Positions 1 through 9,007 of a DNA stretch of 20,000 nucleotides are shown one piece after another. Position 1 is the stretch's first letter. Each line of letters starts with the position of its first letter. The stretch lies in the IMG/VR virus record IMGVR_UViG_3300008108_000201; one strand, written 5' to 3'. Under the pieces are notes generated by a model. It was not told the DNA's origin, made no database searches, and was given only the letters and a program-made list of their open reading frames with translations. Made by a program: the position numbers and the translations under genes. Source of the DNA: an uncultured virus (IMG/VR IMGVR_UViG_3300008108_000201) (taxonomy: Duplodnaviria > Heunggongvirae > Uroviricota > Caudoviricetes).

Positions 1-8
1 GGAGGATA

Positions 9-317
9 ATGCAATCGAGATATCAAAACATACCAGTAACTAAGTTAGATGTAACCGGAAGCGCTTACTATCAAACTAACGTATATCCGACAATACAGCC
101 AACCGATAGTGATTACTATGTTATTACAACTGTAAACGACAGGCTAGACTTAATTGCTTTTGACTTTTATCAAGATTCAAGTCTTTGGTGGATCATTGCT
201 TCCGCAAATGCATTACCAGGAGATTCAATCTACCCGCCTATAGGTGTTCAGCTGAGAATTCCTACCAACATTCAGACCGTACTAAATAATTATAACTTAG
301 TAAATAATGGCTATTAA
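9..317 (+). CDS. Baseplate wedge / tail X-like protein with LysM-like fold (T4 gp53-like)
   Basis: Motif DRLDLIAFDFYQDSSLWWIIASAN...G.QLRIP is typical of phage LysM/gp53/tail-X proteins; overlaps the start of the hub-like gene; start lies in a TAATG stop/start overlap. Confidence 0.75.
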   Translation: MQSRYQNIPVTKLDVTGSAYYQTNVYPTIQPTDSDYYVITTVNDRLDLIAFDFYQDSSLWWIIASANALPGDSIYPPIGVQLRIPTNIQTVLNNYNLVNNGY

Positions 318-3300
318 GTTATCAAATGTTATTGGTGCCCCGTTTAGTGACGACGTACTAAGACAGATAGCAATCAGAGCACGTCGTAATAGTACTTTAA
401 GTAGGTCTGGGGAAGATGTTTTATTTCTAGCCAATAAAACAGCATGGGCACGTCTTACTTCGTCTGTTAATATAGTTACCTTGACAGAGAATGACAGAAC
501 TTCTTTTTTCTCTAGATTGAATCTAAGTCCTGGTGAATATCCTACCCCTGATTCATTAGCCCGAAATTGGATACTAGAGGCAGGAACATCAATACAAAAT
601 GGTAACGGTATTACGATAAGACAAGGAATAGGAGCAAACGGAGCATACGGCCTCGGAGGTACAGACGAGTTAGGATACAGACCTATGCCCGGTTTAGTAT
701 CGGTGCAAATCGAAACTACTGGACGTTTAGGATCCCTCAGGCAAGCGACTATAAACTTTAAGGTCTGGAATATGAACCAGCTTAATATTATTGAAGCTTT
801 ATATTTCCGCCTAGGCTACTCTATGCTACTTGAGTGGGGACATACTCAATACTTCTCTAATAAGGATTCTAACAACAACGATATTCCAGGCGGTATTTTC
901 GTTTCAAACGGCATTTACGGAATCGATAACCCTTTCAGTTCGGGTAGAACAAAAGAAATAATTCAGCAAGATATCGCTAGAAAAGTAAGAAAGACTTCTG
1001 GAAACTACGATGGAATGCTTGGTATTGTTTCTAATTTTAACTGGTCTTTCAATCAAGAAGGAGGTTACGACTGTAATATAAGGTTAATAGGTCTTGGAGC
1101 TATAATGGATTCATTGAGAATAAACCAAGCTTATACCTTACCGCAAGGAGAAATTAAAAAATTCAAAGAAAATCAGAGTGCATTAGAAAGGTTAGCGCAA
1201 AGTAATTTAGCAGCGCAAACTCAAGCTGAGGCAGGCGGTACTGAACAATTTAATTTAGAACCGTTACCTAAAAATCCTGCTGAACTTTTTGCATTAGTAG
1301 CAAAGTATAAAGGTCCTCAAAACCTCACTTATCAGCAATTCATTCAAGATTATTTAGCTATAGGAATAGATAATTTTCAGACCGGTAAATATTTTGATAC
1401 GCAATATGTAATTTTTGATCAATCAAGAACTAATCAAGACTTACAAACTTTAGAAGCAGTTAATCAAAAATTTGGAGGTTTATGGGTACCAAGAGGAAAC
1501 GTATACTACAATTTAAATCCTGCAACTTCTACGTCAGTAACCTTAAATGTAAAGAGTAAAAACGGGAGTTCGATTACAAGTTTCGTAGACGAGTATTTCA
1601 GACTTAATCCAAATCAATTAACAGAAGCATATAAGGAAGGAGCCGTATCGTACGAAGCCCTAGCCCTGCTATTTCAACTCCAAACTAAAGACTACGTTCT
1701 TTCTGGAACTAACGGACAAGTACAGACCGTCCCGTTAGACAGTATTCTCATCAGTACTGAAGCATCTCGTGTGGGCGGTAATGATAAAGTAGAAAACCAA
1801 GGAGATTTAATACTAAGATACAGTATTAGATTAGGTGCTCCTGCAAATAGAGACAAAGAAATTTATTTTAATTTACAAGGCGTAGTTGATAGCCCGGACG
1901 TAAATCGTCCGGTAACTAGAAAAATCGCAATCGAAGCCTTAGATAAATGGATAACCAGTGACGGTACAGCTACAGTATCAGAAGTTGAAGCCCCAGAAAG
2001 CGAGTTAGTGACGATAAAAGGTAGTTTTCAAACACCAGTAACAGTACAAAATACTACTAAAATAATCAACTGGTACTTTGAAACTAATAACCCCGGGTTT
2101 ATATTATCTTCTGCTGAAGCTCAAACACCTCAGCCTGTTATCACCCAGGTTACACAAGAGGCTAACACAGGTGATAATAACGGACAGCTAAATCAACCTG
2201 ACACTCAACAGATCGATTCTGCAGAGAGTTTTCAATCTGCACTGCACGCTATGTTAGCGATTGTACAAGTAGAAAGCCAGATTGAAGCAAAGAATGAATC
2301 GTTAAATAAACCTGTAATTCGAGTAGATATTACAAAAATAACTAACGACTTTTATAAAGGAGGTATTTTTGAAAAAGTACTTCTCACTACACAGAGTAAT
2401 CAGATACAGAGTAATCAATTTGATATAACTCAGTACGCACTAAGAGGCTTCAATAGCGATTTTATCGCATACCCTGATGATAAGATCAATAACGGAACAT
2501 CAGCTCAATCAACAATAGCCGCAAATGTTCCTGTTGTAAATTTTGCAGATCTCTGTAAAGCTTATGTTGTAAGATATCCGAAAGTTCGTCCCGACGGGTC
2601 ACTTGATACCGTCCATATTCCGGTGTATATAACGTTTGGATATTTGCTCGCGTTCCTCAACAATATGTGCCTTATTTACGATTCAAAGCAAAAGACTGAT
2701 TCCTTGCAGGAGTCGGTAGGCACTGAAAAACGTCCTTATGTTTACTTAGATTTTAATCCTGAAACTAATTTCTGTTTGAGCTCACCTCAGCAGCTAACTG
2801 TGGATCCTTACACTTGTTTAATTCCCTTTAATTCTACAAGTACCGAGTATAGAGAACTTTTTGCAGAAGGAATAAAGACTGATAATTTTTTTAATCCAGA
2901 GAATCAAAACCGGGTTAGTGCTGCATTAAATAATTTTGGTTTATCTTATAAGTCAATCACCAACGTTTATCAAGGAAAGATAATGAATGTTCTCTTGAAT
3001 ATTGATTATTTATTAGGGCTAATTAAACAGTATGCAGGTGCAGATAAAGAACATGCTGTTAATTTACAGCCGTTTTTAGAAAGAATAACTGTAGATATAA
3101 ACAAGTCTCTTGGTAATATAAACTCATTAAGGGTCGCTTATAGAGACGATGCAAATACGATACAGATAATCGATGATCAGTGGGTACCTAATTTAGACGA
3201 AGAGAAATCACTAATAGATAGACCTAAATATCTAGATAGTCTAAACCAATCAAAAGATCCGATTTTATCCGGACAGCTGCCAGTGTTCGAAGCCCCGAGT

Positions 3301-4569
3301 CTCGGATTAGATCAACCAAACGGAACTTTTAGTATAGCTAGAGAATTTCAATTTAAAACTACACTGTCTACTAAACTAGCAAGTACTATTGCTATTTCTG
3401 CTCAAGCTGCTACCGGTTCTGTAAACGCTACAGACCATTCTTCTTACAGTTGGCTTAATAAAAATTATCAAGACAGGTATAAACCTTACGTACAGGATCC
3501 TCCAAACAAGAACAAAGGTACAAATAGTAACACAGCCGGAAACGTAGGTAATGTTAACGAGACATCTAACGATCAAAAAGCAGCAGATACTTTTAACACC
3601 CATGTGGCGAGTATATATTCAAATCTTCAATTAACTGAAGAGAGGATCGATATGGCCAAGAATTACTACATAGAGAGAATGTCAAAAGTAAAGTCTACGA
3701 GTAGTACAACTACAGCAGCCCCTTTCATCCCAGCCGATCTAGAAATAACTATCGACGGTATCAGCGGTATAATAATGACTAATGCGTTTACCATCCCCGA
3801 AAGTAGATTACCATTGTCGTTAAGAGCGGAAGACGGGTATACAAAGGTGGGTTTTATTATAACCGGGTTATCACATACTGTCGAAAATAATCAGTGGCTG
3901 ACTAGGATTAAGGGGCAAATGATAAAACTAAGAGAGGATTCACTATTAAGAAATCGAATATTTACTTTCAATAGAAATCAGAGCGAATTTGCACCCCCAG
4001 CCGGTACAGCTGCATCTACTACTATCACAAATACACCTTGGAGTGCTGCATTTATTAGTTACGTCATGCGCCAGGCCGGAGTGTCATTTCCTTCGAATGC
4101 AAGTCATGCTGGATATGCGCAATCGTTGAGAACTAATAGCAGGGGATTCGAGATCTTAGATCCTGCTAGAACACAAGTTAAGGTAGGGGATATAGTAGTA
4201 AAGAATAGAAGAAATACTCAAGGAGTTTCAAATACCTTAACTTTCAACACTAATCCCTGGGACGGAGCAACTCACGGTGATATTGTAGTAAGTGTAAATA
4301 ATAATATTATAGCAGCTATAGGAGGCAACGTAAGTAGTACGGTATTCAAATCTAACATTCCCTTAACGAACGGACTATTAGCCACAGGTACAAGTGCTGC
4401 TCCAAACTTTTTCGTTATTTTGAGACCTCCTGCTAGCTTCGTACAGGCAATAGTAGATGTAGCTAATAGAGAGTACGAATTATGGACATCGCAAAGATGG
4501 GTTGAGTCGACAGTTGCTGCGATTCCAACTTTGCGGCTTTACTACAATACTGTTAATATATTCATATAA
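307..4569 (+). CDS. Large baseplate hub-like virion protein with C-terminal DUF2272 (CHAP-like) putative peptidoglycan hydrolase domain
   Basis: 1420 aa; N-terminal RPMPG..SV.I...GSLR.ATINF...LLEWGH and GNYDGMLG.VSNF.WS blocks; late LEITIDGISGI...F.ITGLSHT...W.T.I.G block resembling hub proteins; C-terminal PWSAAFISYVM, GDIV, HGDIVV, IGGNV. Confidence 0.65.
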   Translation: MAIKLSNVIGAPFSDDVLRQIAIRARRNSTLSRSGEDVLFLANKTAWARLTSSVNIVTLTENDRTSFFSRLNLSPGEYPTPDSLARNWILEAGTSIQNGNGITIRQGIGANGAYGLGGTDELGYRPMPGLVSVQIETTGRLGSLRQATINFKVWNMNQLNIIEALYFRLGYSMLLEWGHTQYFSNKDSNNNDIPGGIFVSNGIYGIDNPFSSGRTKEIIQQDIARKVRKTSGNYDGMLGIVSNFNWSFNQEGGYDCNIRLIGLGAIMDSLRINQAYTLPQGEIKKFKENQSALERLAQSNLAAQTQAEAGGTEQFNLEPLPKNPAELFALVAKYKGPQNLTYQQFIQDYLAIGIDNFQTGKYFDTQYVIFDQSRTNQDLQTLEAVNQKFGGLWVPRGNVYYNLNPATSTSVTLNVKSKNGSSITSFVDEYFRLNPNQLTEAYKEGAVSYEALALLFQLQTKDYVLSGTNGQVQTVPLDSILISTEASRVGGNDKVENQGDLILRYSIRLGAPANRDKEIYFNLQGVVDSPDVNRPVTRKIAIEALDKWITSDGTATVSEVEAPESELVTIKGSFQTPVTVQNTTKIINWYFETNNPGFILSSAEAQTPQPVITQVTQEANTGDNNGQLNQPDTQQIDSAESFQSALHAMLAIVQVESQIEAKNESLNKPVIRVDITKITNDFYKGGIFEKVLLTTQSNQIQSNQFDITQYALRGFNSDFIAYPDDKINNGTSAQSTIAANVPVVNFADLCKAYVVRYPKVRPDGSLDTVHIPVYITFGYLLAFLNNMCLIYDSKQKTDSLQESVGTEKRPYVYLDFNPETNFCLSSPQQLTVDPYTCLIPFNSTSTEYRELFAEGIKTDNFFNPENQNRVSAALNNFGLSYKSITNVYQGKIMNVLLNIDYLLGLIKQYAGADKEHAVNLQPFLERITVDINKSLGNINSLRVAYRDDANTIQIIDDQWVPNLDEEKSLIDRPKYLDSLNQSKDPILSGQLPVFEAPSLGLDQPNGTFSIAREFQFKTTLSTKLASTIAISAQAATGSVNATDHSSYSWLNKNYQDRYKPYVQDPPNKNKGTNSNTAGNVGNVNETSNDQKAADTFNTHVASIYSNLQLTEERIDMAKNYYIERMSKVKSTSSTTTAAPFIPADLEITIDGISGIIMTNAFTIPESRLPLSLRAEDGYTKVGFIITGLSHTVENNQWLTRIKGQMIKLREDSLLRNRIFTFNRNQSEFAPPAGTAASTTITNTPWSAAFISYVMRQAGVSFPSNASHAGYAQSLRTNSRGFEILDPARTQVKVGDIVVKNRRNTQGVSNTLTFNTNPWDGATHGDIVVSVNNNIIAAIGGNVSSTVFKSNIPLTNGLLATGTSAAPNFFVILRPPASFVQAIVDVANREYELWTSQRWVESTVAAIPTLRLYYNTVNIFI

Positions 4570-4571
4570 GT

Positions 4572-5240
4572 ATGGCATTGAGATACTATCCATCAGCAGC
4601 TATAAACGAGAATAAGTACACTTCTGGTAATGAATACTTATTGCCTGATAAAAAACCCTACACCGGAAGATACTATACAATTTATGACGGAAGCTCGTTT
4701 ACCGGAGTCAACCCTGTATTAGGCACAAACATCCCTTTAACTCCTGTAGTAGAAAGAGAGTCTACAGATGCTTCCTTATTAATTTCAGGACGCCCCCTGT
4801 TACCCGGGCAAGTCCCTAGTATAGTTGAACCTTACGCGTTATCAAGAGTACAAAACAGCCAAGGAGGAAGATTAAGGCTAACAGAGTTAGTCCCCTTCTT
4901 CCCTTCTCCGACAGAAGAAGATTATGCTAGAGGTTACTTCACTAGATACTTTGCAAAAACTGTCAGTGGACCGGGGTATGTATTTGAAATATCAAAAATA
5001 GATTGGACTAAGATCCAGAATGGAGATATCGAAGTGGAAAATATTTTGGGCTATGAGAGTATAGATATGCTATGGCAACTAACAGGTCCTTTAAACGATA
5101 CGAGAATTTCTCAATATCAGATTAAAGGCGGTGTAGCAACTACTAACAAACGTGTCACAGAAAGTAAAAGTAGAGTGTTTACGGGATTGCTAGAATTTAT
5201 CGGAGGCGATTATATTAAGTTTGCAAGGATCACTCCTTAG
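4572..5240 (+). CDS. Hypothetical phage protein, probably virion-associated
   Basis: 222-aa ORF starting 2 nt after the hub-like gene; YYP/YTSG.E and P.PTEEDY.RGYF.RYF blocks; no catalytic motif recognised. Confidence 0.55.
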   Translation: MALRYYPSAAINENKYTSGNEYLLPDKKPYTGRYYTIYDGSSFTGVNPVLGTNIPLTPVVERESTDASLLISGRPLLPGQVPSIVEPYALSRVQNSQGGRLRLTELVPFFPSPTEEDYARGYFTRYFAKTVSGPGYVFEISKIDWTKIQNGDIEVENILGYESIDMLWQLTGPLNDTRISQYQIKGGVATTNKRVTESKSRVFTGLLEFIGGDYIKFARITP

Positions 5241-5241
5241 A

Positions 5242-5273
5242 GTTGGTTGAACCTGTAGAATGTCTTATTTTAA
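5242..5273 (+). promoter_or_regulatory. Bacteroidota sigma70-type promoter (GTTG-N20-TATTTTAA) upstream of the polymerase
   Basis: GTTG 5242-5245, TA at 5266; same spacing as six other copies. Confidence 0.6.
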
Positions 5274-5295
5274 ATAAAGGTTATAAATAAATGTT

Positions 5296-6591
5296 ATGTA
5301 TTACATAGTTGAGACTAAAGAACAGCTTGCAAAGTTACCTAAAACGGATAAATGCTTTGTTGATTTAGTTGCACTTTCCGAAGAATCACATCCTCTTCTT
5401 ACTGTCCCTTCCGCACTCTATTACAACGACTTCGAAAAAGGGTATATTATACCAATTAATCACTCAGAAGGATTTTCTCTAAGTCTAGACGATATACAGA
5501 ATTTTCTGTTTGAGATCGACAAAGTTTACCTGCTAGATAAAAAATGGCATTCCTACTTTCTCTATTTGCCGCAAGCCGTAGACCTATACTTCAATATTCT
5601 AGATAAAGATGGAGAAATCAAAGATATTCAATGCTACACACCTGTTCATCTAGACTTCTATAATAAGTTCAAGTACTCAGAAGAAGTAAATACTCTAATA
5701 CCAATATCTAAGCATTACGAAAAGTGTGAATGTATGTTTAACGCGGTAAAAGACTATGCCGGAAGGGAAAGTAATGTAGAATGGCAAAATGAGTATATAA
5801 AAGCGTATAAATGGGTAGAAGAACAGGGTCTGACTGTAAATGAAAGGGTTTTCGATAAGTTTTTTGAGCCTACATGGAAGGCTAGATCTGTGAAAGATAA
5901 CCGAATCTACACAAGCTATAACCTTTACAACATAACCTCTAGGCCTACCAATGCATTTAATGGAATTAACTTTTTAGCCTTCAATAAAGAGAACGGATCT
6001 AAGACGGCTTTTGTACCTCAAAACGATGTTCTTGTAGAGTTTGATTTTGATGGGTACCATTTGAGATTGATTGCAAATATGTTAAACGTATCCCTACCTT
6101 CTGATGAATCTATTCACGTTATTTTAGGTAGACAGTATTTTGGAAAGGAAGAATTAAGTTCGGAAGAATATCAAGAATCTAAAAAAATAACTTTCCGGCA
6201 GCTCTACAACGGGATTGAAGAAAAATATAAGCATATAGAATTATTTGATAAGGTTAACTGGCTACTCGAGGCAGGATGGGCTGAATATAAAAGGAAAGGC
6301 TTTCTTGAATTACCAAACAAGCGAAAAATAAAGATAGAAAACGCCAATCCGCAGAAGCTTTTTAATTACTATGTTCAATGTCTAGAGACCGTAAACAATG
6401 TAAAAAAGTTAATTGATTTACGCGAGTTATTTAAAGGGAAAAAGAGTAAAGTCATCCTGGTAGTATACGATTCAATTCTTATTGATTATTCAACTGAAGA
6501 CGGAAAAGGATTTTTAAAGCAGATCAAAGATGTTTTGGAAAAGGACAGATATAGGGTGAAAGCACAAAAAGGCGATAACTACAACTTTTAG
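5296..6591 (+). CDS. polA: Divergent, short family-A DNA polymerase-like protein
   Basis: TSRPTN (TGRLSS-like), motif A EFDFDGYHLRLIA, motif B YQESKKITFRQLYNG, NYYVQ (N..IQ-like), motif C LVVYDSILID; only 431 aa. Confidence 0.8.
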   Translation: MYYIVETKEQLAKLPKTDKCFVDLVALSEESHPLLTVPSALYYNDFEKGYIIPINHSEGFSLSLDDIQNFLFEIDKVYLLDKKWHSYFLYLPQAVDLYFNILDKDGEIKDIQCYTPVHLDFYNKFKYSEEVNTLIPISKHYEKCECMFNAVKDYAGRESNVEWQNEYIKAYKWVEEQGLTVNERVFDKFFEPTWKARSVKDNRIYTSYNLYNITSRPTNAFNGINFLAFNKENGSKTAFVPQNDVLVEFDFDGYHLRLIANMLNVSLPSDESIHVILGRQYFGKEELSSEEYQESKKITFRQLYNGIEEKYKHIELFDKVNWLLEAGWAEYKRKGFLELPNKRKIKIENANPQKLFNYYVQCLETVNNVKKLIDLRELFKGKKSKVILVVYDSILIDYSTEDGKGFLKQIKDVLEKDRYRVKAQKGDNYNF

Positions 6592-6604
6592 AAGAAATTA
6601 TAGA

Positions 6605-6613
6605 TATTTATTA
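6605..6613 (+). promoter_or_regulatory. TATTTATTA motif, candidate phage late promoter
   Basis: Identical 9-mer in three short intergenic gaps (6605, 11802, 14011). Confidence 0.45.
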
Positions 6614-7032
6614 TGGCATACATTGAACTAACGCAAGACCAATTGAAGAATAAGTTATTTTGCACATTTTCTCCTAAAGACCGGCTGGATGACACCCTTA
6701 ACTTGATACAGGGGGAATACTCTATCATGTACGGTAAGATTTTTGTGTTAGAGTCAATCGATTCAGAAGAGCTTCTCTGTACTTATAATATTGAGATTGA
6801 AGGTAGTACTACAAGAGTATTACCGAATACCATCCTACTACATAGAAAAAAAGAGACAAACACTCTTTACACTATTAATAGCCTTAATCTGCTTATTAAA
6901 ACACTTAATGAAGGAGTTCTCGATACTTCCTTCCGGATTAATTGGCACGATTACAAGAACACAGTCCTCCTCTCGCAAGGAGATGAGCTTAAGAAGCTTT
7001 CCACAAAAATTCACAAAATAGTCAACATATAA
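6613..7032 (+). CDS. Hypothetical phage protein (alternative start TTG at 6643)
   Basis: 139-aa ORF filling the gap between polymerase and SSB; NKLFCTF and HRKKETNTLYTINSLN blocks. Confidence 0.7.
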   Translation: MAYIELTQDQLKNKLFCTFSPKDRLDDTLNLIQGEYSIMYGKIFVLESIDSEELLCTYNIEIEGSTTRVLPNTILLHRKKETNTLYTINSLNLLIKTLNEGVLDTSFRINWHDYKNTVLLSQGDELKKLSTKIHKIVNI

Positions 7033-7064
7033 GTTGATAATTTGTAAATTACTCCTTACATTCT
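7033..7064 (+). promoter_or_regulatory. Bacteroidota sigma70-type promoter (GTTG-N20-TACATT) upstream of SSB
   Basis: GTTG 7033-7036, TA at 7057. Confidence 0.6.
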
Positions 7065-7101
7065 TTTATTAACGTAATTTTTAAACTAAAAACTATAAGT
7101 T

Positions 7102-7908
7102 ATGGGTATGGATTTAGGCGCAATCAAGTCTAAACTAAGTGCCTTGCAAAGCCAAAAGCAAGGCGGTCAAAAGAGAGATATGTCTCTCATTCTCTGGAAA
7201 CCTACAGTAGGTAAGCATTCTGTGCGTATTGTACCTGCGTTGTGGGACAAGGCAAATCCTTTTAAGGAGATTTTAGTTCACTACGGTATCGGTAACCGTA
7301 CTATGATTTCTCTCGTTAATTTCGGGGAGAAAGATCCAATCGTTGAGTTCGCCAAGCAGCTTGCATCAAGCGGGGACAAGGAAAATTGGATGATGTCTCG
7401 TAAGCTCGAACCAAAAATGCGCGTTTTCACACCTGTGATTGTTCGCGGGGAAGAAGAGAAGGGTGTTCGCCTTTGGGAATTCGGTAAGCAGATTTACGCT
7501 GAACTTTTAAGTCTTGCTGATGATCCGGATATCGGAGATTATACCGATGTTATTCAGGGTCGCGATATCACTATCGAAACTACTGGACCTGAAACTAACG
7601 GTACTTCCTTTAATCAATCCAAGGTACGTGTTCGTACCAAAACTACTCCTTTGTCCGAAGATGCAGCCGAGGTACAAAAGTGGTTAAATAATCAACCAGA
7701 TGTATTTTCTATCTTTAAGAAGTACCCTTACGACGAAATGAAAGAAGCACTTCTTGGCTGGTTGAATCCAGAAGAGACTACTGACGAGCCTGCTCCTGCT
7801 ACACCTAAACAAGAAGCTGCACCAGTTGAAAAGCCTGCTTCTCTTTCCCTAAATACTCCGAAGGCTAAACCAAGCATTGACGAGGAATTTGATGACCTAT
7901 TTAAGTAA
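7102..7908 (+). CDS. Single-stranded DNA-binding protein, T4 gp32-like
   Basis: WKP..GK..VRIVP, LWEFGKQIY..L, D.TD...GRDI.I blocks; Pro/Ala linker and acidic-aromatic tail IDEEFDDLFK; next to the recombinase. Confidence 0.8.
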   Translation: MGMDLGAIKSKLSALQSQKQGGQKRDMSLILWKPTVGKHSVRIVPALWDKANPFKEILVHYGIGNRTMISLVNFGEKDPIVEFAKQLASSGDKENWMMSRKLEPKMRVFTPVIVRGEEEKGVRLWEFGKQIYAELLSLADDPDIGDYTDVIQGRDITIETTGPETNGTSFNQSKVRVRTKTTPLSEDAAEVQKWLNNQPDVFSIFKKYPYDEMKEALLGWLNPEETTDEPAPATPKQEAAPVEKPASLSLNTPKAKPSIDEEFDDLFK

Positions 7909-7915
7909 TTAATTT

Positions 7916-8992
7916 ATGGCTAAACTAGCTAAAGCCTCGTTAAACGAAAGTGTAGCGGGAGCTGTCAAGGGTACTTTTAACTTAGAGAAGTTTATTCAAT
8001 CAAAAAACCTCTCAAGTACTTCGATAAAAATGAAAGAGCAGACTTGGATTCCTTTATCTAAGGCCTTTCAAGATTGCCTATCTATTCCAGGCATTCCAGT
8101 AGGACATATCACGCTACTTCGCGGACATTCTGATACCGGTAAGACTACTGCTCTCCTCGAGGCTGCAGTTAGCGCACAGAAGATCGGTTTTTTACCTGTA
8201 TTCATTATTACTGAGATGAAGTGGAATTGGGAACACGCCAAGCAAATGGGACTCGTGTTCGAAGAAGTACCTAACGAAGAAGGCGAGGTTGCTGACTACA
8301 AAGGATTTTTTATCTATGTAGATAGAGAAAGACTTAATACTATTGAGGATGTAGCAGCATTTATCGCCGATCTTCTCGACGAACAGAAAAAAGGTAATCT
8401 TCCCTACAACCTATTATTCCTTTGGGATTCTGTAGGATCTATTCCTTGCCGTCTATCTGTTGAGTCAAACAAGAACAATAACGAGTGGAACGCAGGCGCA
8501 ATGTCTCAACAGTTTGGTAACTTTATCAACCAGAAGATTGTTTTGTCCCGTAAGCAAAGTCAACCTTATACTAATACTATGCTTGCTGTAAATAAAATCT
8601 GGGTAGCTAAAGCAGAGAACATTATGGCCCAGCCTAAGATGAAGAACAAGGGCGGTGATACTATGTACTTCGATGCTTCCTTAATTATTACTTTCGGAAA
8701 TGTAACTAATTCCGGAACTAATAAGATTAAAGCAACTAAGAATGGAAAGGATGTAGAGTTTGCAAAGCGTACTAAGGTTAGCTGCGATAAGAATCACGTT
8801 AACGATGTTACATCGACCGGACGGGTTATTATGACTGCACACGGGTTTATCGATGATACTAAGCAAGCAATCGATGCTTATAAGAAACAATACTCTAAAG
8901 ACTGGTTAAAAACTCTCGGCTCAGTCGATTTTGATGTAGTAATTGAAACCGATGAAGACAACAAAGATGTATTTGATCCTACCGAGGAATAG
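7916..8992 (+). CDS. recA: RecA/UvsX-like recombinase
   Basis: Walker A GHSDTGKT, FIITE, Walker B LFLWDSVG, KGG..MYFDAS, KNHV; adjacent to SSB. Confidence 0.85.
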   Translation: MAKLAKASLNESVAGAVKGTFNLEKFIQSKNLSSTSIKMKEQTWIPLSKAFQDCLSIPGIPVGHITLLRGHSDTGKTTALLEAAVSAQKIGFLPVFIITEMKWNWEHAKQMGLVFEEVPNEEGEVADYKGFFIYVDRERLNTIEDVAAFIADLLDEQKKGNLPYNLLFLWDSVGSIPCRLSVESNKNNNEWNAGAMSQQFGNFINQKIVLSRKQSQPYTNTMLAVNKIWVAKAENIMAQPKMKNKGGDTMYFDASLIITFGNVTNSGTNKIKATKNGKDVEFAKRTKVSCDKNHVNDVTSTGRVIMTAHGFIDDTKQAIDAYKKQYSKDWLKTLGSVDFDVVIETDEDNKDVFDPTEE

Positions 8993-9002
8993 TATATCTT
9001 TA
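8972..9002 (+). promoter_or_regulatory. Bacteroidota sigma70-type promoter (TTTG-N19-TATCTTTA) for denV
   Basis: TTTG 8972-8975 in the last recA codons, TATCTTTA 8995-9002; closest match to the TTTG/TAnnTTTG consensus. Confidence 0.6.
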
Positions 9003-9007
9003 AGAGT

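Noticed and set aside
1..8. GGAGGA as a Shine-Dalgarno site for ORF 9
   Set aside because: Only 2 nt from the ATG; better read as Gly-Gly-stop (GGA GGA TAA) of an upstream gene overlapping via TAATG
2391..2417. Direct repeat ACAGAGTAATCA x2 with a 15-nt period
   Set aside because: Small in-frame duplication (QSNQI/QSNQF) in coding sequence; no sign of a separate function
7038..7051. Inverted repeat TAATTT-GT-AAATTA in the SSB promoter spacer
   Set aside because: All-AT 6-bp arms are expected by chance in this composition
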